DNA of 64,000 nucleotides. Source: Ylistrum balloti. Lineage: Eukaryota. The translations under genes and the position numbers were made by a program. The notes below the pieces were generated by a model. That model did not search any database and was not told the origin of the DNA. It saw only the letters and a program-made list of their open reading frames with translations. The stretch is from positions 1,550,001 through 1,614,000 of the forward strand of contig NW_026782231.1 of assembly GCF_031769215.1 (NCBI RefSeq). The letters are read 5' to 3'. Below, one piece after another: positions 28,116 to 39,215 of the stretch (position 1 is its first letter; each line of letters begins with the position of its first letter).

Positions 28116-28360
28116 CTGTAAGAGAAATCGTACATTTGGGGACATGCGCAATCAGACAGGAAGTTGCATGCTCTCTTTCATTGAGCTGAGTCGCTAGTCC
28201 TTTGTTTGTCGCTTAAAAAAATCAGTTTAAGAGTAGAGACATGAACAGTTACTTGCGTACAATGACGAAGTGAACCCTACCGAACGATGGAGGTGGGTTT
28301 CGTCTTCACGGCTAGTCAAACAAAATAACAGCGCTAGTGTGGTGGAGCCAATCGGCTGGA
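28116..28360 (-). promoter_or_regulatory. Candidate TATA-less promoter
   Basis: CpG-rich; catgcgca (NRF1-like) near 28143, caggaagt (ETS core) near 28157 and ccaat near 28348, all just upstream of the candidate exon. Confidence 0.4.
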
Positions 28361-29573
28361 TAACCCGCAAAATTTAAATCTGACAGCTGATCGAATGCTT
28401 GCGTTAAGAGTGTGGCTTTGTCGTATATTTAGGTCTATCTGAAATACCGCCTACATTGCAGCCGACTGAAAATATCTGAAATCTCGGAATATCAAGTACA
28501 ATTTGCTTGTTCTTGTGGATTAAATGTTTAACGGACCTCCTTCAAGATATTGATCTATTTTTCAAAACTCCGCTGACGCAAATATGAAAAAAAACATGTT
28601 TCGATTCGAAAAAAATGACTTTAGAATAGATGTTAATACATTATGGTGACCAATGTGAATTGCATTCAGGGATTTTAGAAACTCTAGATATAATAGGTCC
28701 AGAAACTATTATTGTATTCAACAGCGACCTCTTGTTGCACGTAAGTCTTGATACCGAAATACCTTTTAGTGTACACGAATGATAATATGAAATAAGCACC
28801 GAGAACTTCTAGAATGTATAAACCCCTACTTACAGCAATCGAATCATTAAGGACATCTCTATAGGAAGTAGGAAATACCGAAAAATCCATACAATTTCTG
28901 AGTCAGCATATTTTTGGAAACTACAGTCATGGACTTGGATAGCAAAGTCTATGGTATAACAAGTATTGACGTCTTCGGAAAAAGGAAATACCAAATTCAT
29001 TTGAACAGTTTTATATTAAAATCAATTAGACGAATTTCAGCATTTTATGTTAAACACGGACTTCATGTCGTAAGTAACAAAATCGATTCTGAATCGTTTG
29101 TTACGCCCGTGTCCGACATCACATTTTTTATCAACTACTGGTACGGTTCTTTTGAAATTACGAATTGAATCATGGGACAAGTGCATCGTCCCATCTAGGA
29201 TTTTGACATTTTTTTCGATCAATTCAGGTTTCCCTCTAACACGGTGTCTAGCCCGTAGCACTTGACGGCACAATCTCCAACTACCCATCAGACTAAGGGA
29301 GATTATTCAAATTCTAAAATGAGTCATGGCTAGACAAACTACGGACTTCATACACATTTTAGTCGTGTCCGTAGATAAACATTTATTTTTTATCGGAGAT
29401 CCGTATTTAGTCTCGTGATTTTCTTAAACTGCGACCTACAGAAACAAATTACGTTGGTATTTAAAAATAGCATTACCATACAACCAGTGAGTTATGATTT
29501 TCTCCAATTTTAATTACCATCGTACCCAGATACGTGTATTTGGTAATGGTATAGGATATATAGGGTAAAGCTT

Positions 29574-29758
29574 AGAAATATCTAATTAATACCGGGTAGT
29601 TTCCGATGTCTGATTGAATAAGTTACCTTAAGTCAGAAATGTCTAATTGATACCGTGTAGTTTCCTATGTCTGATTGAATAAGTTACCTTAAGTCAGAAA
29701 TGTCTAATTGATACCGGGTAGTTTCCGATGTCTGATTGAATAAGTTACCTTAAGTCAG
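29574..29758. repeat. Tandem repeat, 61-bp unit, 3 copies
   Basis: agaaat at 29574, 29635 and 29696 with near-identical intervening sequence. Confidence 0.95.
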
Positions 29759-30102
29759 GAGGCCAAATGAGTTGTAATCAAACGCACTATTAGATAGTAT
29801 ATAAACACTGAAAATGGCATTCTTTGACTTCGACTGGACAGCTTACACTAAGCATGGTTTAATATGTCTGGTATGTGTACGTTCGTCCAAAGCTTCTGTA
29901 AAACTCAAATGGACAATTAACAGGTATTTATACCTGGTCTAACCCTGTTTGAAATTAACAGGTATTTGTTATTCAGTAACACACAATTATCAGGTATTCG
30001 CACCTGCACCCCGAGTTTTTGTAAAATTCATATGGCTAACTAACACATGGGTCCGGCTGGAGATGACCGGACACAGAAGGGGTCACGGAGACGGAAAAGC
30101 TG

Positions 30103-30127
30103 TCAATCAATCAATCAATCAATCAAT
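30103..30127. repeat. (TCAA)n microsatellite
   Basis: About 6 TCAA units seen directly. Confidence 0.9.
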
Positions 30128-30377
30128 TAATCAGTCATGGAGATGACCTCCGGTGACTCCTCCACAGGTGTCCGGTACCACGGTCTGTTGCCACCACTGT
30201 TACAGGTATCTACATGTTCAATACATTTTAGAGAACATAGACCAATGTAATATAGATGTAAAATTGAACTGTAAATGCTGTTGTGTCGTCTAGGTAATGA
30301 TATTATTCTACACTTTGTTTATTCTATCATTTTACAACAGTTGAATTATTATTATCAAAATTATTTCAACTTATATT

Positions 30378-31110
30378 GGTGTTTGTTGGGGTGTCGAGGA
30401 TTTGGGTGGTGTTGGCGGTGGGGGGTTCGGGGAGGGGGTAGGCGATGGTGGTGTTGGTGAGGTTTGGAATGGTGGGGGCGGTGTTGGTGGTGTTGGTGTT
30501 TGTGTGGTTTGTGAGGATGGTGTTGGTGAGGGTTGGGATGGTGGTTGAGGCGGTAGTGGTGGTGATGTTGGTGTTTGTTGTGAGGATTGGGGTGGTGAGG
30601 GTGGTGTTGATGAGGGTGGGGATGGTGGTGGCGTGGGTAGTGTTGTTAGGGGTGGTGTTTATTTGGGTTGTGAGGGTGGTGTTGGTGAGGGTTGGGGGGA
30701 GGGGTGATGGTGGCAGTGGGGTGGTGTTTGTGGGGGTTGTGAGGGTGGTGTTGGTGAGGATGGGGATGGTGAAGGTGGTGGTGGTGGGGGTTGGGGTGGC
30801 GGTAGTGGGGTTGGCGTTTGTAGGGGTTGTAAGGATAGTGTTGGTGAGGGTAGGGGTGTTGGTGGTGGTGTTTGTTAGGTTTGTGAGGATGGTGAGGGGT
30901 GGGGGTGTTGTTGTTGGTGGTGGTGGTGTTTGGGGTTGTGAGGGTGGTGAGGGGTGGTGGTGGTGATGGTGGCAGTGGGGTGGTGTTTGTTGGGGTTGTG
31001 ATGGTGGTGTTGGTGAGGATGGGGATGGTGAAGGTGGTGAGGGGTGGGATGACGGTATTGGGGGTGGTGTTTGTTGGGGTTGTGAGGGTGGTGAGGGGTG
31101 GGGTGATGGT
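30378..31110. repeat. G/T-rich low-complexity repeat (ggt/gtt based) with internal block duplication
   Basis: Almost no C on the plus strand; block ggtgatggtggcagtggggtggtgtttg...gaaggtggtg occurs near 30702 and 30962. Confidence 0.9.
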
Positions 31111-31254
31111 TTCATATCATTTGAATATGTTTATTGACATCTTATGACAGCTACGCGTAGATAAATTTTCAATTAAAAAGTAATAACTAAAAATATTAAT
31201 TATGCTTAATATTCTAATTCGCCGAGTACTATTGACGCCATGTTGTGTTTTGTA

Positions 31255-31787
31255 TGAGGGCTGATTGATAAGTTTTGGACCTTATATTGCACTCTTTTTC
31301 AACATAACCACCTTCAGTATCTATTCACTTTTGTCGGCGATGTTTAAGGGCCTCAGTCCCACTTTTAAAGAAGTCCTTTTCTTGGCGATTCAGAAAGTCC
31401 TCCACTGCACGTTGATGTTTGTTCCTTTTGCAGATAATCTACCATCAGAATACCATCAGCATCCCAGAAAACCGAGGCCATAACCTTTCCAGCTGATGAA
31501 ACAGTCTTTGCCTTCTTTGGCAGGATGTACCAGAGCGCTTCCAGTGTTTAGACTGTTGTTTGGCCGCTGGGGTAAAATGATAGACCTATGTTTCATCCAT
31601 AGTCACATACTTCTATGCAGAAAGTTAGCAGGATCTGCCTTTAAAGGGTTCAGATTAGCACCCTACAAAGTCCGCCTGGTATGTTTCTGATCAACTGTCA
31701 GAAGTCTTTTTAAGAGCTTTCTCATCGCAAGATAATTCGTGAGAATGGGATGTACTCTTTTCTGTAAAATCCCAAATGTACTGGCTA
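31255..31787 (-). mobile_element. Decayed mariner (Tc1/mariner, irritans/Himar1-like) DNA transposon: 3' part of transposase plus one TIR
   Basis: Minus-strand translation across stops and frameshifts: ASTFGILQKRVHPILTNYLAMRKL..RLLTVDQK..FLHR/(Y)VTMDET*VYHFTP..QQSKHW/PKKAKTVSSAGKVMASVFWDADGILMVDYLQK/AVEDFLNRQEKDFFKSG..HRRQK*IDTEGGYVEK, matching recalled Himar1 motifs YVTMDETW, SAGKVMASVFWDA and G.YVEK. TA|tgagggctgattgataagttttggacct at 31253 looks like a TA target site plus a CGAGGG-type TIR. Confidence 0.92.
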
Positions 31788-32590
31788 CCCACAGTACTGA
31801 TGAAATCTTGACCAGTCGCCGACCCACAGTACTGGTGAAAACCTGACTAGTAGCCGACCCACAGTACTGATGAAATCTTGACCAGTCGCCGACCCACAGT
31901 ACTGATGAAATCTTGACCAGTCGCCGACCCACAGTACTGATGAAATCTTGACCAGTAGCCGACCCACAGTACTGATGAAAACCTGACCAGTCGCCGACCC
32001 ACAGTACTGATGAAATCTTGACTAGTAGCCGACCCACAGTACTGATGAAATCTTGACTAGTAGCCGACCCACAGTATTGATGAAATCTTGACCAGTCGCC
32101 GACCCACAGTACTGATGAAAACCTGACCAGTCGCCGACCCACAGTACTGATGAAATCTTTACTAGTAGCCGACCCACAGTACTGATGAAAACCTGACTAG
32201 TAGCCGACCCACAGTACTGATGAAATCTTGACCAGTCGCCGACCCACAGTACTGATGAAAACCTGACCAGTCGCCGACCCACAGTACTGATGAAATCTTT
32301 ACTAGTAGCCGACCCACAGTACTGATGAAATCTTGACTAGTAGCCGACCCACAGTACTGATGAAAACCTGACCAGTCGCCGACCCACAGTACTGATGAAA
32401 TCTTTACTAGTAGCTGACCCACAGTACTGATGAAAACCTGACCAGTCGCCGACCCACAGTACTGATGAAATCTTTACTAGTAGCCGACCCACAGTACTGA
32501 TGAAAACCTGACCAGTCGCCGACCCACAGTACTGATGAAATCTTTACTAGTAGCTGACCCACAGTACTGATGAAATCTTTACTAGTAGCC
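31788..32590. repeat. Minisatellite, 35-bp unit, about 23 copies, abutting the mariner transposase
   Basis: Unit cccacagtactgatgaaatcttgaccagtcgccga; the 35-aa ORF periodicity equals 3 x 35 bp. Confidence 0.97.
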
Positions 32591-33250
32591 TACCTATGGA
32601 ATAAAGATTCAGTTTTATGTATTCATTTTGAACTTTTAATTAAAAGTCTTGGAATCCTTCCTTTAAACTCCTCGTAAAATGTTGCCCTATGATCCACAGC
32701 GGAACATGTTCTCTTATGGTAACCCGTAAAATATCACCTTATAAATCCCGTTGCCTTATGATGAAACAAGATAAAACATGCAATGTTGTTCCATGATGAC
32801 ACTTGCAATGCTATTAGCGGAATTATCATTCTTTCTACAGCTATAGAAAATAATCTGATGTTCATGTCTTTGATGATGTAGTCATTGACTGGTTTGAATT
32901 TGAGATACGTTTCAAAACGACGCTTACAAATAAACAATAATTTTTAAAACATGTTATTTTTCACAATTCAAGGCCATTTGGATTGTTTCCCCTGATGACG
33001 ATAAAACGCTTATACGAGTTATCTACCTTTGATCATGTTGCCATATCTAATGGTCATCAGGCTGGGAGAGCTGAAGTTTTTAACTTCTTTTTTACCCATT
33101 AATGGATGGTTACAACCTGATTGTGACTCCACATTTATAGAGACATGTGGATTTTAATAACGAATTTGATACATTATATTTAGATATTTTTATTTGAACT
33201 GATCGCAAAATTAGCAGACAAGCAACATGTTATGTTTTATTTGAAATTAA

Positions 33251-33280
<30 letters not shown>

Positions 33281-33282
<2 letters not shown>

Positions 33283-33840
33283 AGCCCATAGGTCTTATGA
33301 AGCATAGCTCACATGGTGAAATATGCAAAATATGCTTCGAAGTTGTCCATAATCCGATCATTTCTACAGGAGTAGAAGGATTTCAACGGATTTCCCCTAT
33401 TTGGCCCCGCTAAAGGGAGTGGTGGGAGGGGGAAGGGCGGGGGCGATCGCCACAGTTTATAAAAATATTTTTCTTTATTTAACAATGTTTGAGACCACCT
33501 TTGGGCAAAATTCAGTCATTGCTACAAGAGATGCATGATTTAAAAGAATGTTCTCCATTTCCACCATTGGCCTTACCCTAGGAGGCTGCGACCCACTGTT
33601 TATACAAATGTCATTTCTACAAGAGGAGTAGGAATTTAAAATTCCCCATTTTGGGCCCCGCCTCTGGGGGACGCGACTCACCGTTTATACAATTTTTTAC
33701 CTCTTTGCCTAACTTGATGCTTCCGTGACCAAATTTGTTCAAAATCCTGTTAGTTGTTTATGACTAGTAACGATTTTTAGGAGAAAAGTTAACGGACGGA
33801 CGATGGGCGCCGCGGTATGCCATAAGCTCACTTGGCCCTT
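33281..33840 (+). mobile_element. Non-autonomous Helentron-associated element (HINE, Pearl/CvA type), 3' hairpin truncated
   Basis: 5' end gaagcccataggtc...tagctcacatg; internal diverged repeats (atttctaca..ttcccc.att.tggcccgc-like, tttatacaa); 3' end acggacggacg...ccataagctcacttggccctt. Matches the recalled architecture of bivalve HINEs. Confidence 0.75.
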
Positions 33841-34964
33841 TTAATTATTAACGACATTTTAAATACATATAACCAATGAAACACCCACTATCTACAGGAC
33901 TTTATCTTTTTGTGTTGATATGAGGACGCAACACAAAACCTCGAATTCAGAAAACTGGTTTACGTTACCCCCGGTAAAGAACAGAGGTATGAGATTTGGA
34001 CACTCCCTCCCTGTAGCGGTTTGTTTCTCGTGAAACTGAGAGTCGTATCTGTGTGCGCTGTCGTGACTGCCCGTGGATAATATCGTCCTGCTATTGTTCG
34101 GAATGACATGCGGTGTGCCGCCCGTATGTCGTTCCATGAAGTCGCGACCAGCTGTTACAAGACATCCCCGCCTCAATATGATCCTGACTGTTGATAAATC
34201 CACCAACCACTCGGAAGTCGAATTACTTCCATAATTTACGTCATTGGGAGGTTTTACCGTTATTTTAATGTGAATTTTTCAAACATGGCAGATTTCGAGA
34301 GATGATTGGTATCTATTATTAGACATGATACTTTGATCGTTTATAAGGGATTCTTTCATCGGAAAAATACACAAGCAAAACTGGAGATAAAATTCAAAGA
34401 TGGTGTATCTCATACTATGGTTATTTAGTCGAGTCTCGAGCAGGAGACGCGATACTACGTAAGGTGTGGTGATGTAGTTACCGTATTCAGTAAGAGTGAT
34501 GTCCCTTACATCATAGATAGATAAAAATAATACAAGGTGGATCAACCCTCTAATTCATGTATGAGAAACCCTCTAATTCATGTATGAGAAATCACCCTCT
34601 AGTTTGATATATTCGCGGAACTGACATATTAGCTATGGTGATCATCGGGATGTAGGGCTGAGAGGACTTAGTGCGGCGAGAACAAACACGTTTTCTGCAA
34701 TATTTGCCGAAATATTTGATCATGTGATTAAATCTCTGAAATTCAATTTCATTTCCTATGTGATGCATAGAACTCGTCAACCCGCCGAAGGCTTTAAGGA
34801 TTAAGAACGTAGTATGAGAACATTCCTGTAAAACCATATAGATATTCCCAATACCATTCACATCGTTTGCCTTCCTAATGTTATCTAATCTTTAATTGAT
34901 AGGAGAAATATACTTCTCCATGATTTATTAAAATGCTTGAACTCCGTCATTATTGAAAAGATTG

Positions 34965-35527
34965 ATATCCGTCATCGATTTACAGGACAGACCTCCGTTA
35001 TTTATAGAAAGGGCATATCTCCGTTATTTATTGAAAGGACAGATCTCCGTTATTTGTAGAAAGGACAGGTCTCCGTTATTCATAGAAAGAACATATCTCC
35101 GTTATTTATTGAAAGGACATATCTCCGTTATTTATAGAAAGGACATATCTCCGTTATTTATAGAAAGGACAGATCTCCATTATTCATTGAAAGGATAGAT
35201 CTCCGTTATTTATAGAAAGGACATATCTGCGTTATTTATAGAAAGAACATATCTCCGTTATTTATTGAAAGGACATATCTCCGTTATTTATAGAAAGGAC
35301 AGATCTCCATTATTCATTGAAAGGATAGATCTCCGTTATTCATAGAAAGGACATATCTCCGTTATTTATAGAAAGAACATATCTCCGTTATTTATTGAAA
35401 GGACATATCTCCGTTATTTATAGAAAGGACATATCTGCGTTATTTATAGAAAGGACAGACCTCCATTATTCATTGAAAGGATAGATCTCCGTTATTTATA
35501 GAAAGGACAGATATCCGTTATTTATAG
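34965..35527. repeat. Minisatellite, 26-bp unit, about 21 copies
   Basis: Unit ctccgttatttatagaaaggacatat; ctccg at 35123 and 35149. Confidence 0.95.
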
Positions 35528-35711
35528 ACCGTGACCTTTGACCTACATTTGAAAAATTGTGCATGTAATAAGCACGTGCCTTACACAGTAAAGTTTGTAT
35601 GTACCATTTCAGAATTTTGTTGCAACCGTGACATAGTGTTTCATAAACACATCTTGTTTCTGATGTTTTTACAATCACTTTGGCCCTTTATTAGACATTC
35701 AGAAACTTCCA

Positions 35712-36595
35712 CCTACATGTCTACAGTGTTTCTGAATGATGTCGCTAGAGATCTCTACATGTCTACAGTGTTTCTGAATGACGTCGGTAGAGATCTCTAC
35801 ATGTCTACAGTGTTTCTGAATGACGTCGGTAGAGATCTCTACATGTCTACAGTGTTTCTGAATGACGTCGGTAGAGATCTCTACATGTCTACAGTGTTTC
35901 TGAATGACGTCGGTAGAGATCTCTACATGTCTACAGTGTTTCTGAATGACGTCGGTAGAGATCTCTACATGTCTACAGTGTTTCTGAATGACGTCGGTAG
36001 AGATCTCTACATGTCTACAGTGTTTCTGAATGACGTCGGTAGAGATCTCTACATGTCTACAGTGTTTCTGAATGACGTCGGTAGAGATCTCTACATGTCT
36101 ACAGTGTTTCTGAATGACGTCGGTAGAGATCTCTACATGTCTACAGTGTTTCTGAATGACGTCGGTAGAGATCTCTACATGTCTACAGTGTTTCTGAATG
36201 ACGTCGGTAGAGATCTCTACATGTCTACAGTGTTTCTGAATGACGTCGGTAGAGATCTCTACATGTCTACATTGTTTCTGAATGACGTCGGTAGAGATCT
36301 CTACATGTCTACAGTGTTTCTGAATGACGTCGGTAGAAATCTCTACATGTCTACAGTGTTTCTGAATGACGGCGGTAGAGATCTCTACATGTCTACACTG
36401 TTTCTTAATGACGTCGGTAGAGATCTCTACATGTCTACAGTGTTTCTGAATGACGTCGGTAGAGATCTCTACATGTCTACAGTGTTTCTGAATGACGTCG
36501 GTAGAGATCTCTACATGTCTACAGTGTTTCTGAATGACGTCGGTAGAGATCTCTACATGTCTACAGTGTTTCTGAATGACGTCGGTAGAGATCTC
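35712..36595. repeat. Minisatellite, 42-bp unit, about 21 nearly identical copies
   Basis: Unit atgtctacagtgtttctgaatgacgtcggtagagatctctac; the 14-codon period yields the 374-aa and 336-aa ORFs. Confidence 0.98.
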
Positions 36596-37196
36596 ATTGG
36601 GAGATATTTTATGTCTTTGCGCGATATGAAACTGGACGCGCTTGATGCTTGTTAGTTTACCTGTTAGTTCTGTTTCTGTAGAGCTAGTTTTCCTTTCCGA
36701 ACGTGACATTACTTACTTACATACACAGATTTTCGGGTATCGCCGAATCAGCAGTAGATACCGCCTTCTCCTTGTCCTTTTTTGTTCATATTTTGACGTT
36801 GTTGAATTGAGTTTAGATTACAGTTCACATGTTGTTATTTCCTTGTGTTTATGAAGAGAGACAGCTCGTCAAATATTTATCTACAAGTGCCATTACAGAC
36901 AACATTTGTTAAAACGAAATAGTACCATATTGTTAGTATGGGACTGACGGAACTGAAGTTCACATACTATAATCTCAGACGGCCATAATGCACATGGCTT
37001 ACTGTTCTGGTATGACGTCACACTTCAGGAATGAACCAGGTCAGTTTAAGATGAGTCAAACATGGCTACTGCTAGTTTGTATATTGGAAAGTGCTAAGGA
37101 ACCAAGAGAATTATATAATCACGGACTTAGATTGTCTGTGATATAACCGTTCTACAGACTGGTCACTTACAATTTACACACTATTGCCGAGGTGCC

Positions 37197-39215
37197 TTCA
37201 TCCTGTATCCATCAACATCCTGTATTCATCCTGTATCCATCAACATCCTGTATATATCAACATCCTGTGTCCATCATTATCCTGTATCCATCAACATACT
37301 GTATCCATCCTGTATCCATCAATATCCTGTATCCATCAACATCCTGTATCCATCATCATCATGTATCCATCATCATCCTGTATATATCAACATCCTGTAT
37401 CCATCCTGTATCCATCAACACCCTGTATCCATCAACATCCTGTATCCATATTGTATCCATCATCATCCTGTATATATCAACATCCTGTATTCATCCTGTA
37501 TCCATCAACATCCTGTATATATCAACATCCTGTGTCCATCATTATCCTGTATCCATCAACATACTGTATCCATCCTGTATCCATCAATATCCTGTATCCA
37601 TCAACATCCTGTATCTTTCAACATCCTGTATATATCAACATCCTGTATCCATCCTGTATCCATCATCACCCTGTATCCATCAACATAATGTATACATCCT
37701 GTATCCATCAACACACTGTATCCAACCTGAAACCATCAACATCCTGTATCCATTATCATCCTGTATATGTCAACATCCTGTATCTATCTTGTATCCATCA
37801 ACATCCTGTATCCATCCTGTATCCATCACCATCCTGTATCCATCACCATCCTGTATTCATCCTGTATCCATCAACATCCTGTATATATCAACATCCTGTG
37901 TCCATCATTATCCTGTATCCATCAACATACTGTATCCATCCTGTATCCATCAATATCCTGTATCCATCAACATCCTGTATCCATCATCATCATGTATCCA
38001 TCATCATCCTGTATATATCAACATCCTGTATCCATCCTGTATCCATCAACACCCTGTATCCATCAACATCCTGTATCCATATTGTATCCATCATCATCCT
38101 GTATATATCAACATCCTGTATTCATCCTGTATCCATCAACATCCTGTATATATCAACATCCTGTGTCCATCATTATCCTGTATCCATCAACATACTGTAT
38201 CCATCCTGTATCCATCAACATCCTGTATCCATCAACATCCTGTATCCATCAACATAATGTATACATCCTGTATCCATCAACACACTGTATCCAACCTGAA
38301 ACCATCAACATCCTGTATCCATTATCATCCTGTATATGTCAACATCGTGTATCTATCTTGTATCCATCCTGTATCCATCAACATCCTGTATCCATCCTGT
38401 ATCCATCACCATCCTGTATCCATCACCATCCCGTATACATCCTGTATCCATCAACATCCTGTATCCATCACCATCCTGTATACATCCTGTATCCATCAAC
38501 ATCCTGTATCCATCATCATCCTATATACATCCTGTATCCATCAACATCCTGTATCCATCAACATTCTGTATACATCCTGTATCCTTCAACATCCTGTATC
38601 CATCAACATTCTGTATACATCCTGTATCCATCAACATCCTATATACATCCTGTATCCATCAACATCCTGTATCCATCAACATCCTGTATCCATCCTGTAT
38701 CCATCAACATCCTGTATCCATCAACATCCTGTATCCATCACCATCCTGTATACATCCTGTATCCATCAACATCCTGTATCCATCATCATCCTATATACAT
38801 CCTGTATCCATCAACATCCTGTATCCATCAACATTCTGTATACATCATGTATCCATCAACATCCTGTATCCATCAACATTCTGTATACATCCTGTATCCA
38901 TCAACATCCTATATACATCCTGTATCCATCAACATCCTGTATCCATCATCATCCTATATACATCCTGTATCCATCAACATCCTGTATCCATCAACATTCT
39001 GTATACATCCTGTATCCATCAACATCCTGTATCCATCAACATTCTGTATACATCCTGTATCCATCAACATCCTGTATACATCCCATATCCATCAACATCC
39101 TGTATCCATCAACATCCTGTATCCATCCTGTATCCATCAACATCCTATATACATCCTGTATCCATCAACATCCTGTATCCATCCTGTATCTTTCAACATC
39201 CTGTATCCATCAACA
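37197..39215. repeat. Complex modular repeat built from catcctgtatc (11 bp) and catcaa/catcat/catcac (6 bp) modules
   Basis: Visible throughout; a rare variant block caacataatgtatac...caacctgaaacc recurs at 37681 and 38250. Confidence 0.95.

Noticed and set aside
31788-32590. CTGATGA in the 35-bp unit as a hammerhead ribozyme core or snoRNA C box
   Set aside because: No stem II closing onto a GAAA and no stem I/III pairing; no C/D terminal stem.
34676-34720. HVFCNICRNI as part of a RING finger
   Set aside because: Bounded by stops, and the other zinc ligands are not found in frame.
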